64,000 bases of DNA from Smithellaceae bacterium (GCA_963667845.2 CAXXVL010000002.1:3200001-3264000); one strand, 5' to 3'; counted from the first letter of the stretch, positions 31,119 through 41,636 are shown. A program made the numbers and translations. Notes: a model not told the origin generated them from the sequence alone.

Positions 31119-32958
31119 TATCCTATCTTCGCACTAACTGTGAATTGAAGAACCTCTTTTTTCTTGAAGGTCACAATATTACTTTTCAAGATGGATACGG
31201 TTTGAATAATCGGTGAATTTTCCAGCTTCATAACATATTCAGCCAAAATCGTATCCAGCGTACTGCGGTCACCCAAGATCACCCCTTCAATCCATATGCC
31301 GTTTGCTTTGTCTTTCGAGGTCGCAGCTCTTTTTTGGTCCTGCATTTCGGAGGCGAGAGATATCCTGACCTCGGTCAACCTGATATCTTGCGGCGTCAAG
31401 AAAGACAGTTCCGTAATGACCGCCATGGCTTCGTATTTTCTTACATATTGCATTTTAGTCCGATACCGTGACTTCAAATCACCAGCAAGGACTAAGACTT
31501 TCTCCTTAGATAAGACCGGCTTGACAAGCGATAGTTCTTTTTCCAATTTTCCTTCTTCGCTGCTAATCTGCCTGATTTCAATTGCCTGCAAAACTAAGAT
31601 AACCGAACATATGAATAAAGCGGCCGCAAATGCTGCAAAAATCCGCGATTAATTCTCTTTTTGATAATTTCTTTCTTCTTATCCACGTATGTAAAGATGG
31701 CATTCGGAGTGTACTTGCGATCAGATAAGGATAATCCTATTGCCGGTACCAGGGATGCCCTCTCCATAAGCGACAATGATACCGACGAGGAAAAATTTTT
31801 CGCCTCGTAAGGATCAAAAGCCTCGCTTTTTATAACTAATTGTTCATTCACGTAATGCAGAATGAGGCGATAAAAATTATTCCGGACAGAAGAAATAAAG
31901 ACTTTTTCCACTTTTTCATACCCGACTGAGGTTGTGTAATAATCGAGTGTTCTTTCGATCTGTCGGGTCAATCTTTCCAAGGCCGGTCTAATCATATTCA
32001 GTATTGTGTTGTCGTTCCAATGGATGCCGTCTTCATCTTTTATAGATTTCTCAGCATCGGCAGAAATATCGGTGAGTATTTTCTGAAGACGTTCGTTATC
32101 AACTTCTTGCTTAGGCAGAATTTCTGCAAGAGATTCGTTGAGAGCTTCCACCATGCTGCTGATACCGGTCTTGATCCCCCGCGTCATGACGAGATTATTC
32201 CTGCTGAAAATGTCGATGCGCGAAAAATCGTTGCCGATGAATAAACTGGCATATGTCGTCTCTGTCACGTCAATCCATTTTGTCCGGAAAATATTTTGAA
32301 AGGCAAAAGGAGCAATCGTAATACCAGAGAGATTGATTCCCATTGATAAAAACATATCTCTTATCTTTTCTACTTCGGATCTGGAAGCGCTATAGACCAT
32401 CACTGAATACTTGGGAATACCCTGATCCGTAATTTCGCCCTGCATTTCATAGTCAAAAATCATGCTTTTTTCATCTATCGGATTTTCCTTCCCGGCCGTC
32501 CAATAGATAACATTTTCCAATTCTTTCTTAGGAACAATTGGAATTTTCAAATAATGAACTTTTACATCCGTAGCGCTCATTAGTGCCCAGATTTCGCAGT
32601 CGCCCGGAAGACCAACAAAAGCATTCAGCGTTTCTTTTAACAGATCATTAAATTCTTGAGATCCTTTTGAGATATGATCTGGAAATTTCAATATCTTCTG
32701 ATCAATCAGCAGCAATCTGCCGTCAGAAGTTTTAGCCATTTTGACAAAGTTTGCATCATCCCGGCTTATATGGATGCCAACTTTGATATGGTATTTATTT
32801 GCAATTTGGGGAAAGTTAATAGATAATTTTTTCGAATTCTTCTGTTTCGGAGATTGATCTTCTGCTAAGTCCGCTTTTTCTACCGAAGGCTGATGTGAAC
32901 CGCGAATAACGTTTAGCAATCTTTCAGTCGAATTAATGTCTTTAGTAAGTGCCAACAA
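31118..32958 (-). pseudogene. PilM-PilN fusion (MshI-like), one-base frameshift
   Basis: Actin-like PilM region. Adding one base at the A5 run 31637-31641 reads through a TM (FAAFAAALFICSVILVLQAIE) into the PilN-like ORF. Confidence 0.75.
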
Positions 32959-33448
32959 TTATCTCCAGTAAAAAAGCATGTTTTTCAACTATTTTTATCC
33001 GCCACACAACTTGGAAATATGATCTCCAATTCTTGTAGCTTTTTCTTTTTGAAATGAAGATACTTTATTGAATGCTGTCATTGTGATGATTATCACAGTT
33101 ATTTAAACATTTCAAATTATTTCAGCAATCTTGCCTGTCAGGTCGAATTTTCAGACTTCCAACTTCTTCACAGGGACCTGTAACGCTACTTCAAGTTCTG
33201 ACAAAGTGCTACGTGCCGCATCGGTCAACATGTACCAAGTCTAAATTGAGTCTTTGCGTCTATAACAACCAGTTCCCACTCGTATAAGGCAGCATTCTGT
33301 CATTGCTATCTCAGGGAAAAATCTTTTCAATGACCTCAAGAATTTCGTGGTCACTTCGTTCCTTCGAAAACACCTCTCTTTTCTTTCACGTAAACACAGC
33401 CGTAATAGACAGGAATGAAATCGCGCTTGTGACTCCTATTTCCATAAT

Positions 33449-33464
33449 AGCCATATTCATGCCA
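33449..33464 (-). promoter_or_regulatory. sigma54 promoter upstream of the pil/msh operon
   Basis: Minus strand TGGCATGAATATGGCT: GG-N10-GC. Confidence 0.65.
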
Positions 33465-33568
33465 ATAATGATATAAGACATTATGTATTAATTATGTACT
33501 ATGATTTCTAGTAGTTAGCTGTGATAAAATCGAGAGACAAATAACTGTTTTGTGCGAGGAAAAAGGAT

Positions 33569-33609
33569 TTGTACTGAAAAACCAAACGATGAACGGTTTT
33601 TCAGTACAA
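33569..33609. promoter_or_regulatory. perfect 15-bp inverted repeat, candidate enhancer (UAS)
   Basis: TTGTACTGAAAAACC-N11-GGTTTTTCAGTACAA. Confidence 0.65.
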
Positions 33610-33742
33610 CATTGCTATTAAAATAATATCTAAAGTAAATCTATATAAATGAATTCTCTTAATTATTACTTGAAGACCAGAATAGATTTTGCTAAGACAG
33701 CACAACTTGTAAATAAATTTAAAATTCAGGGTAAGAAGATTC

Positions 33743-35038
33743 ATGATATTCAGAGTTACCTATGTCGTCATTCTTGCAATTTCTTTTTTTGCGTTTTTTC
33801 CCCCGTCCAGCGTGCAGTCCAGCAATAGTCAATACTTTGAGAAAATACCGGACTCCATTGTGTCCATCTCATCGGGCTACGTGATCGCCATAGATAAAAA
33901 AATTCAAAAGCTTTATGTTTTCCAAAAGAATGGTGGCTTCGTAAAAATTTTCGAGGCCAATTGTTCCACTGGCAAGAATCAAGGCAGCAAGCAAATCTCC
34001 GGCGATGCTAAAACTCCGCATGGGATTTTTTTCGCCACAAAAACACTATATAACCCCGGCCCCCCCGAAACGTACGGGACACTGGCATTTCCGCTGGACT
34101 ATCCGACGATTTCAGATAGGAAGGCAGGGCGAAACGGAACAAACATATGGATTCACGGCACTGTAAAACCTCTTACGCCCTTTCAGTCCAGTGGCTGCGT
34201 CGTCCTCGCAGATAAGGATATCCATGAGCTTCTTAAATATATTCAGATCAACAAAACTCCTATTATTATCGCTGAAACAATTACATGGGTTCCACAAAAC
34301 AAGACATCACCTCTGAAACCGGAGCTGGAAAGGATCCTCTCTTTATGGATGAAATCCTATCTGGCAGGAGATCTCAAAACAATTGATGCCTTGTATCTGG
34401 ATAACACGCGCATTAAGGGGAAAAAACGAGAAGCACTCGCAACCAAGATGTCCTCGCTTAAAAACGCAAATCAGCACTTTTCATTAGATCCCAGAGATGT
34501 TTCAATTTTGCAGCTGAATCAGAATGCTGTGATACTCTTTGATCAAATTACCGGCATCAACAAAGATAATTCTTTTGAAGGATCCTTCAACAAACTTTCT
34601 TTAGAAAGAATCAATAATAAATGGTTAATCATCGATGACGTAGACACATTGGCAGCTGCACCAAAGTCCGGCAAACCTGCTGTGTCCGAACCTGACATGG
34701 CATCATCCAAGGAGGCTGTCCAAAATTTGATCTCGAAATGGACGGACAGCTGGAAGTCAGGCAATATGATAGTCTATCGATCCTGCTATGCGTCAGACTT
34801 TCGCTCTCAAGGCATGAATTTAAAGGAATGGGTCAATCATAAGATTGAAGTTCGCAACCACAGCAAGAATATTAATATTCGCATCGACAATCTGGAGATA
34901 ACCGAAAGCAATAATCGGTCGATTGCGACATTCACGCAATATTACAGTTCCAATTTGCTGAAAAGCAAGGGCCATAAGAAATTGGATTTGAGAAAGATTA
35001 ACGGTAATTGGAAGATTTACCAGGAAACGATGCAGTAG
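33743..35038 (+). CDS. L,D-transpeptidase/carboxypeptidase (YkuD) with NTF2-like C-terminal domains
   Basis: Signal peptide, GDAKTPHG, LDYP, IWIHG..SSGCV, two W..W..GN/D NTF2-like repeats. Confidence 0.85.
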   Translation: MIFRVTYVVILAISFFAFFPPSSVQSSNSQYFEKIPDSIVSISSGYVIAIDKKIQKLYVFQKNGGFVKIFEANCSTGKNQGSKQISGDAKTPHGIFFATKTLYNPGPPETYGTLAFPLDYPTISDRKAGRNGTNIWIHGTVKPLTPFQSSGCVVLADKDIHELLKYIQINKTPIIIAETITWVPQNKTSPLKPELERILSLWMKSYLAGDLKTIDALYLDNTRIKGKKREALATKMSSLKNANQHFSLDPRDVSILQLNQNAVILFDQITGINKDNSFEGSFNKLSLERINNKWLIIDDVDTLAAAPKSGKPAVSEPDMASSKEAVQNLISKWTDSWKSGNMIVYRSCYASDFRSQGMNLKEWVNHKIEVRNHSKNINIRIDNLEITESNNRSIATFTQYYSSNLLKSKGHKKLDLRKINGNWKIYQETMQ

Positions 35039-35649
35039 CGACTATAGATATTCGCACAAAATCTTATCGGGGTCTGGCGGCCAAGTCCAGGATCAAATCT
35101 CTGATACCATTATGAAACAGAATTCGCATGGTCGACTGCAAACGAAACTTGCAAATGGAAAATTATCATATTGCGGTCCGATCAAAACAGCCCTCGTGCA
35201 TAACCAGTTGAAAAATCGATCAAGCCCGGCTCTCCAGAGGCGGTATCCATTCTTTCACGACTTTTCTAACCGGCAAATATAATTTTTTTCGGCGCAGCAT
35301 CATTGAAAAGAAATCAACCGGTTTTCTTATTTGCCGCATCCTCCTGAAACATCCGTCATAAATAGTTTCCCAACTGCGTTCGGGACATTCTTGAAATAGT
35401 GAGTGAAAGACATCAAACGTTATCTGCCGTCTTAGTATGTCTCGAATCGGATATTGATACGCCTCACATTTGAAAAGGCTCTGTATCAGGATAGTGATGA
35501 TACTAAATCAATTGAATCGTTCTTTACTTGGGAGGAATCGCAGCGGGGCGGACGAACACTACTGAAAAATTCTAAGATGAATCAATTGGACTGATCAAAA
35601 AAAGATCTTCGGGCGTACAACTGTAATTTTTACTGCGCCATCTTGAATA

Positions 35650-35682
35650 AAAAAAGGAGTCTCTTTCATAAAGCAAACTCCT
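35650..35682 (-). terminator. intrinsic terminator after tRNA pair
   Basis: Minus strand AGGAGT...ACTCCT followed by a T run. Confidence 0.55.
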
Positions 35683-35691
35683 GGATTAAAG

Positions 35692-35767
35692 TGGAGGCGG
35701 CATCCGGATTTGAACCGGAGAATAACGGTTTTGCAGACCGCTGCCTTAGCCACTTGGCTATGCCGCC
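35692..35767 (-). tRNA. tRNA-Cys (GCA)
   Basis: GGCGGCATAGCCAAGTGG..CTGCAAA..GGTTCAAATCC..CCTCCA cloverleaf with encoded CCA. Confidence 0.97.
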
Positions 35768-35777
35768 GCAAAAAAAA

Positions 35778-35852
35778 TGGAGCGGGCGAACGGATTTGAA
35801 CCGTCGACGTCTACCTTGGCAAGGTAGCACTCTACCACTGAGTTACGCCCGC
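35778..35852 (-). tRNA. tRNA-Gly (GCC)
   Basis: GCGGGCGTAACTCAGTGGTAGAGTG..TTGCCAA..GGTTCAAATCC..CTCCA. Confidence 0.97.
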
Positions 35853-35871
35853 TCACTTGAGAACGCGGGTG

Positions 35872-35899
35872 AATATAACAAATAGGCTCATCTTGTCAA
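35872..35899 (-). promoter_or_regulatory. sigma70 promoter for tRNA-Gly/Cys
   Basis: Minus strand TTGACA-16 bp-TATATT with extended TG. Confidence 0.6.
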
Positions 35900-35972
35900 T
35901 AAAAAAATGACTAAATATTGGCGAATCTTTTTTTGATATGTATAGCGTACGAAATTCTAAAGTAATGAGATC

Positions 35973-36533
35973 TCAAACCTTGCCGGCTCCCTGGTAAAAT
36001 TTAACAAAATAATCCAAGCCCGAATAGATCGTTAATAAGAAAGCTACATAAAGAATGACAGTACCCACAAAATGTGCGTCTAAGCCCAGAAAAGGATAAT
36101 GAATCATGAGAGCGGTCACGGCAAAGATTTGCGCAAGTGTCTTCTGTTTCCCGATAATGCTCGCTTGAATGTATATCCCCTCCGAAGAAGCAATACTGCG
36201 GATACCGTCTACGATCAAATCCCGCATAATAATAATCACGACAATCCAGGCATCTATTCGACCAATGGGTATCATCAGGATCATCGCCGTATTGACGATC
36301 AATTTATCGGCCAGCGGATCCAGAAACTTACCCATTGTCGTGATCATATTGCATTTGCGTGCAAAATAACCATCCAGAAAATCCGTAATGGCCGCCAGCA
36401 CAAATAAGACGGCAAGTACCCTAGACCAGAAGGGACCGGGCGATGCCAGCAGGAAAAACAGAAAAGGCACCACGCTGATTCGTGCCAGTGTTATCGTGTT
36501 GGGAAGGTTAAATATCTCACGTTTATTGTTCAT
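35973..36533 (-). CDS. pgsA: CDP-diacylglycerol--glycerol-3-phosphate 3-phosphatidyltransferase
   Basis: NLPNTITLAR and TDFLDGYFAR..GKFLDPLADK; classic pgsA-tRNA-Gly-Cys order. Confidence 0.95.
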   Translation of the reverse strand: MNNKREIFNLPNTITLARISVVPFLFFLLASPGPFWSRVLAVLFVLAAITDFLDGYFARKCNMITTMGKFLDPLADKLIVNTAMILMIPIGRIDAWIVVIIIMRDLIVDGIRSIASSEGIYIQASIIGKQKTLAQIFAVTALMIHYPFLGLDAHFVGTVILYVAFLLTIYSGLDYFVKFYQGAGKV

Positions 36534-36579
36534 GTGTAAACGGCCGGTCCTTCACGGTAAATGCGTCCTTATGACACCT

Positions 36580-37227
36580 TCACTTTTTGGGAACTTTCTT
36601 CCAGTCTTCAAGAAACGAAGCAATGCCCTTGTCGGTGAGGGGATGATGAGCCAACTGTGCAATGACTTTAAAGGGAATCGTTGCGATATCGGCGCCCATT
36701 AAGGCTGCGTCCAGGACATGCTTGGGATGTCGGATGCTCGCGACAATCACTTCCGTTTCATATTCATAGTTATCATAAATATCGAGAATTTGCCGAGTCA
36801 GTTCCATGCCGTCATGAGAGATATCATCCAGCCGCCCGACAAATGGACTGACATAGGCTGCACCGGCTTTTGCTGCCATCAGAGCCTGGAGTGGTGAAAA
36901 TATCAGTGTCTGATTGACGTCAATTCCCTCCTCGGCAAACATTTTCGTCGCCTTGAGGCCTTCCGTGGTCATCGGGATTTTGATCACAACCTGCTCTCCC
37001 AGGCGCGCCAGTTTTTTGCCTTCAGAAAACATGCCTTTCGCCTCCAGACTGAGAACTTCCAGACTGACCGGTCCTTCGACAATTTCCAGAATTTCCTTGA
37101 CGACCGAATCAAAATCTCTTTTTTCCTTGGCGATAAGAGAAGGATTCGTCGTAACACCATCCACCATCCCCAGAGCAAGCCCTTCCTTGATTTCTCCAAT
37201 ATTAGCGGTATCGATGAAAAATTTCAT
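36580..37227 (-). CDS. tal: transaldolase / fructose-6-phosphate aldolase family
   Basis: [38 protein letters not shown]. Confidence 0.92.
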   Translation of the reverse strand: MKFFIDTANIGEIKEGLALGMVDGVTTNPSLIAKEKRDFDSVVKEILEIVEGPVSLEVLSLEAKGMFSEGKKLARLGEQVVIKIPMTTEGLKATKMFAEEGIDVNQTLIFSPLQALMAAKAGAAYVSPFVGRLDDISHDGMELTRQILDIYDNYEYETEVIVASIRHPKHVLDAALMGADIATIPFKVIAQLAHHPLTDKGIASFLEDWKKVPKK

Positions 37228-37245
37228 AATTCCCCCTTACTTCTA

Positions 37246-37509
37246 TTATTTTCTTCCCGACAGGTATTTTTCACAGCATTCCCGGCTGCAAAAATACTGC
37301 TGACGATCCTCTATTTCTTCAATATACGCCTGACTCTTGGGAATGTAAGTTCCGCAAAGCGGATCCTGTACCAGATCTTCTCCTTTGAGCGGTGCGGAAT
37401 CTACCCGATAGCCTCTCGCATCCCGAGATTTAACCCGCCGAAGTGACGTCACCACCTTATACCCCACATAGATCAGGATGAGAAGAATTAAAACTTTAGC
37501 AATGCTCAT
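37246..37509 (-). CDS. small membrane-anchored YHS/TRASH-domain protein
   Basis: N-terminal TM; LVQDPLCGTYIP..YFCSREC. Confidence 0.8.
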   Translation of the reverse strand: MSIAKVLILLILIYVGYKVVTSLRRVKSRDARGYRVDSAPLKGEDLVQDPLCGTYIPKSQAYIEEIEDRQQYFCSRECCEKYLSGRK

Positions 37510-37526
37510 AATGGCCTTTGTTTCTC

Positions 37527-38057
37527 TTATCTGTCAAAAATTTCGACAATCTTTTGATCATTCAGTCGATCTTTCAATCCCCGCATCGAAACACCGAATG
37601 CCGGATGAATGACGTATGAAGCGATTTCGCATAACGGTTCCAGCACAAAAAGCCGTTTATGCATCTCAGGATGAGGAACCGTCAAATCATCCTCACCAAT
37701 GATCTCCTGTCCGTATAGAAGAATATCCAGATCAATGGTCCGCGGAGCACCGGCAAAAGATCGCACTCTTCCCATTTTGCTTTCGATGTCCTGCAAAGCC
37801 CGCAATAAATCGCGGGGAGAAAAAGTCGTCCGGACTTCCGCCACCGCATTGATGAACCAGTGCTGATTTTCGAGTATTAGGCGATCCCCCCCGAAACACA
37901 AATCAGATACGACAGGTTCCGTTTTATAAAAAGAGGAGATCCTTTCCACGCTGATTCCGGCAAGGCCCGTTAGTCTGCTGATCGAGTCCTTGCACTGCAG
38001 CAAAGGATCGCCGAGATTGGAACCGATGCCGATGTAGGCCAAAATACCTTCCAGCAT
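37527..38057 (-). CDS. folK: 2-amino-4-hydroxy-6-hydroxymethyldihydropteridine diphosphokinase
   Basis: AYIGIGSNLGD, FINAV, PRTIDLDILLY, VPHPEM. Confidence 0.95.
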   Translation of the reverse strand: MLEGILAYIGIGSNLGDPLLQCKDSISRLTGLAGISVERISSFYKTEPVVSDLCFGGDRLILENQHWFINAVAEVRTTFSPRDLLRALQDIESKMGRVRSFAGAPRTIDLDILLYGQEIIGEDDLTVPHPEMHKRLFVLEPLCEIASYVIHPAFGVSMRGLKDRLNDQKIVEIFDR

Positions 38058-38066
38058 AACTCCAGC

Positions 38067-38879
38067 TTATTTGACGCTCTTCAGCCCCAAAACATCCTGC
38101 ATATCGTACAACCCGTTTTTCTGGTTCACGATCCACTGCGCAGCACGGATCGCACCCTTGGCAAAATTATCACGGCTTTGCGCACGATGCGTAAATTCCA
38201 GTCTTTCCCCGATTCCGCCGAACATCACCGTATGTTCGCCGACGATGTCGCCGGCCCGAATCGTTTGAATGCCGATTTCCCTCTTGGTCCGTTCCCCGAT
38301 CAAACCCCGGCGGGTATAGACTGCTTCTTTCTTGATGTCCCGACCCAGTTTGTCGGCAATCACCTGAGCCATCTGCATCGCCGTACCACTAGGCGCGTCC
38401 TTCTTCAAATGATGGTGAGCTTCGATGATTTCGACATCGTAATCGTCGTTGAGGATGCCGGCACAGTATTCCAATACCTTTAACATCACGTTCACGCCGA
38501 CACTCATATTCGGGGAGAGTACGCAGCGGGTTTTTTCCGCAAGCCGGCTCACGAGTTTCATTTCGTCTGCCGAAAATCCTGTAGACCCGATGACAATGCT
38601 GCAATTCTTCTCACTGGCGATATTCAAATAATTCAGAGAGGCTTCATGATTGGTAAAGTCTACGACCACATCCGCTTGATCAATGCAATCAGCCAACTTA
38701 TCGCTGACCAGCGCGCCGGTCCTTCCAAGCCCCAGCGAATGGCCGACATCCCTGCCGATGATTGGATGGCCCATCACTTCAATGGCTCCGACGACCTTGA
38801 TGTCCTCCATTCCTGCGATCAGGCTGATAATCCGCCCTCCCATCTTTCCGCCCGCTCCAGTGACGATAGCCTTTACCAT
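38067..38879 (-). CDS. dapB: 4-hydroxy-tetrahydrodipicolinate reductase
   Basis: GAGGKMG and EAHHHLKKDAPSGTA. Confidence 0.97.
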   Translation of the reverse strand: MVKAIVTGAGGKMGGRIISLIAGMEDIKVVGAIEVMGHPIIGRDVGHSLGLGRTGALVSDKLADCIDQADVVVDFTNHEASLNYLNIASEKNCSIVIGSTGFSADEMKLVSRLAEKTRCVLSPNMSVGVNVMLKVLEYCAGILNDDYDVEIIEAHHHLKKDAPSGTAMQMAQVIADKLGRDIKKEAVYTRRGLIGERTKREIGIQTIRAGDIVGEHTVMFGGIGERLEFTHRAQSRDNFAKGAIRAAQWIVNQKNGLYDMQDVLGLKSVK

Positions 38880-38916
38880 AGCATCTACTCCTTAGATTAT
38901 AAGTATTTTAGCCTGA

Positions 38917-39792
38917 TCACGAGATCAAGCCGTAATTTTCCATAACCTTTTTGAGTTTATCATAATTTCCTGCGGCCATTTTGCAAAGAGGCAACCGGTA
39001 TTCATATTCGATTTTCCCCATCATCGCCAGAGCCGCTTTGACGGGGATCGGATTCGTTTCGACAAAAAGAACATCAAATAAAGGACTCATTTTTTGATGT
39101 AACGCCCGACCCTCGGCCAGTCGTTCCTCGTCCAGGGCATCAACCAGGCGACTCATATCCCCCGGAACGATATTTGATGCAACGGAAATGATGCCCTTTC
39201 CGCCCATCGCCATGAGGGGAAGCGTTAATCCGTCATCCCCGGACAATACATCGAATTCCGGTCCGCATAAATCAAGCACGTCGTTCATCTGTTTGATCGA
39301 TCCGGAAGCCTCCTTGACGCCGACAATATTACTTATTTTAGCAAGGCGGGCAATCAGCTCCGGTGACATGTTCACGCCGGTTCGGCCGGGAATATTATAC
39401 GGAATAATCGGGATAGGCACATTTTGCGCGATGAGCTGAAAATGCTGAAAGAGGCCTTCCTGAGTCGGCTTGTTATAATAAGGGCAGGCAATCAGCGCGC
39501 CATCCGCACCCGCTTCATAAGCATGTTTCGTCAAACGCAGTGCTTCTGCCGTACTGTTTGATCCTGTTCCGGCGATGACCGGCACCCTCTTTTTTGCCGC
39601 ATCAATCGTGATTTCAATCACCCGGTCATGTTCGTCATGGGTCAATGTGGGAGATTCACCCGTTGTTCCGCAAGGCACCAGACCGTCGATGCCGCCCGCG
39701 ATTTGAAACTCAATGAGTTCTCTCAGAGCTTTTTCATCCACCTGACTATTGCTAAACGGCGTTACGAGAGCGGTAATGGCTCCTTTAAACAT
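38917..39792 (-). CDS. dapA: 4-hydroxy-tetrahydrodipicolinate synthase
   Basis: GTTGESPTL, YNIPGRTG, GVKEASG, ETNPIPVK. Confidence 0.97.
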   Translation of the reverse strand: MFKGAITALVTPFSNSQVDEKALRELIEFQIAGGIDGLVPCGTTGESPTLTHDEHDRVIEITIDAAKKRVPVIAGTGSNSTAEALRLTKHAYEAGADGALIACPYYNKPTQEGLFQHFQLIAQNVPIPIIPYNIPGRTGVNMSPELIARLAKISNIVGVKEASGSIKQMNDVLDLCGPEFDVLSGDDGLTLPLMAMGGKGIISVASNIVPGDMSRLVDALDEERLAEGRALHQKMSPLFDVLFVETNPIPVKAALAMMGKIEYEYRLPLCKMAAGNYDKLKKVMENYGLIS

Positions 39793-39810
39793 ACAAATGC
39801 CTCCTGGTTT

Positions 39811-40254
39811 TTATTTAAAATCTATTTCCACAATTTGCGACTCGCTGCACACACCCGACACATCGCATATACCCAACCGATAGCTATACGTTTTGCCTTT
39901 GTCCACTTGTGGATCGGTAAACTCGTACTTATGTTTGCCATTGCCCGCATTCATCACCGGAACCTGCCCGATTTTTTCAAAGCTGCGCGGACAATCCTTG
40001 CAGACATTTCCCCTGCTGCCCAGTTCACTTTTTTCAATATTAAAATAACTGATTCTTGGGTCAATATTTTGCAGCTGCCACGCCAGCACTATAGCCTTTC
40101 CCTCTGCGGCTAAGATCAATTGCGGATCGTATTTTGTTTTCACGACCTCCGATGCCGACGGAACGGGATTAGCCTTCAGGCCACAACCGACCGCAAGGAG
40201 GAGAATGAGAACCAGGCAAAATATCCCCTTATTTCTTACCGAGCCTTTTTTCAA
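39811..40254 (-). CDS. lipoprotein, fibronectin-III-like with CxxCP motif
   Basis: Lipobox LAVGC, CKDCP, FTD..V.KGKTYSYR. TTG start at 40254 is a guess. Confidence 0.7.
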   Translation of the reverse strand: MKKGSVRNKGIFCLVLILLLAVGCGLKANPVPSASEVVKTKYDPQLILAAEGKAIVLAWQLQNIDPRISYFNIEKSELGSRGNVCKDCPRSFEKIGQVPVMNAGNGKHKYEFTDPQVDKGKTYSYRLGICDVSGVCSESQIVEIDFK

Positions 40255-41617
40255 ATTCTTGAATCCTTTCTTTGACTGCCCTCGTGGCCGTGCCGCCTCG
40301 ATGATTACGGGCATTAACGGAGTTTTCCAGATTTAGCCGGGAAGTAATATCCGATTTAAAACCGGCGTAAAATCTCTGAAAATCATTCAAGTCGAGTTCG
40401 GCAAATGTCTTTTTACTTTTCAGGCAATGCGCAACGATGTGGCCGACAACTTCATGGGCCTGCCGGAAAGGCAAGCCTTTCTCAACCAGATACTCCGCAA
40501 TATCTGTTGCCGTAGAAAAACCCCCGCCTGCCGCGTTGTACATCCGTGCCGCATTAAATTTCGTATGGGACAACATCTCCATAAAAATCGCGAGACAGTC
40601 CTTCACCGTATCCACCGCGTCGAAAAGAGGCTCCTTGTCCTCCTGCAAATCACGATTATAGGTCATCGGCAATCCTTTGAGCAATGTCAGAATGGCGAAC
40701 AAATCGCCGTAAACGCGAGCCGCCTTGCCTCGAATCAGTTCCGCGATGTCGGGATTCTTTTTCTGCGGCATGATACTGCTCCCGGTTGTGTAGGCATCCG
40801 AAATTTCCGCAAAACCAAATTCGTCGGATGACCATAGAACCAGGTCTTCACAAAAACGGCTCAGGTGCATCATCGTCAATGCCGCAGAAAAAATAAATTC
40901 GGCAATGTAGTCGCGATCCGCTACCGTGTCCATGCTGTTGGCGCTGATGCCCGGAAAATGCAACAGTTCGGCGGTTCGCTGCCGGTTGATCGGCAATCCC
41001 GTGCCGGCCAGTGCTGCGGCTCCCAGAGGCAAAACGTCAAGTCTCCTTTTGCAGTCAGCAAGCCTTTGCTCATCGCGCGAAAACATTTCCGCAAAAGCCA
41101 TAAGATAATGAGACAGCAAAACCGGCTGTGCTTTTTGCATGTGCGTATAGCCCGGCATGATCGTGGAAATTTCCCTGCCGGCCGACTGTGCCAATAGCCT
41201 TTGCAGACTTTTCAGCAACCGGATAATCCCGTCAACTTCCGCGCGCAGGAACAGGCGAACGTCCAGGGCAATCTGATCGTTGCGGCTCCGGGCCGTGTGG
41301 AGTTTACCCCCGACGTCTCCCACGCGCCGGATTAACTCTTTTTCAATCGCCATGTGAATGTCTTCATCCGCCGGATCGAACACAAAGACACCCTTTTCGA
41401 TATCGACAAGGATACTCTTCAATCCCCGGATGATCGCGGCCGCTTCTTTGCGTAAAATAATCCTCGATTCGGCCAACATCGTCGCGTGGGCGATAGAACC
41501 TTCAATATCATACCGATACAGCCGGGAATCGTAATGCAGAGAACAGGTAAATTTCTCCACACTCTTGGCTGTGGCTTCCCCAAACCGCCCCGCCCATGGT
41601 TTCGGTGTGTTCGCCAT
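40229..41617 (-). CDS. argH: argininosuccinate lyase
   Basis: WAGRF, EDIH, SRNDQ, GSSIMPQKKNPD. Confidence 0.97.
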   Translation of the reverse strand: MANTPKPWAGRFGEATAKSVEKFTCSLHYDSRLYRYDIEGSIAHATMLAESRIILRKEAAAIIRGLKSILVDIEKGVFVFDPADEDIHMAIEKELIRRVGDVGGKLHTARSRNDQIALDVRLFLRAEVDGIIRLLKSLQRLLAQSAGREISTIMPGYTHMQKAQPVLLSHYLMAFAEMFSRDEQRLADCKRRLDVLPLGAAALAGTGLPINRQRTAELLHFPGISANSMDTVADRDYIAEFIFSAALTMMHLSRFCEDLVLWSSDEFGFAEISDAYTTGSSIMPQKKNPDIAELIRGKAARVYGDLFAILTLLKGLPMTYNRDLQEDKEPLFDAVDTVKDCLAIFMEMLSHTKFNAARMYNAAGGGFSTATDIAEYLVEKGLPFRQAHEVVGHIVAHCLKSKKTFAELDLNDFQRFYAGFKSDITSRLNLENSVNARNHRGGTATRAVKERIQEFEKRLGKK

Positions 41618-41636
41618 GCGTGCTCTCTCCGTAAGG

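Noticed and set aside
28490..31591. Separate small genes at 28490-28831, 30575-30916, 30837-31118 and 31118-31591
   Set aside because: They are fragments of the frameshifted secretin, pilO and pilM-pilN genes.
33240..33290. c-di-GMP-I riboswitch (GACGCAAAG on minus strand)
   Set aside because: The upstream GCAAA/GAAA-tetraloop stem and the P2 elements are missing.
35039..35852. tRNA-anchored genomic island
   Set aside because: No integrase nearby and no duplicated tRNA 3' end noticed in the window.
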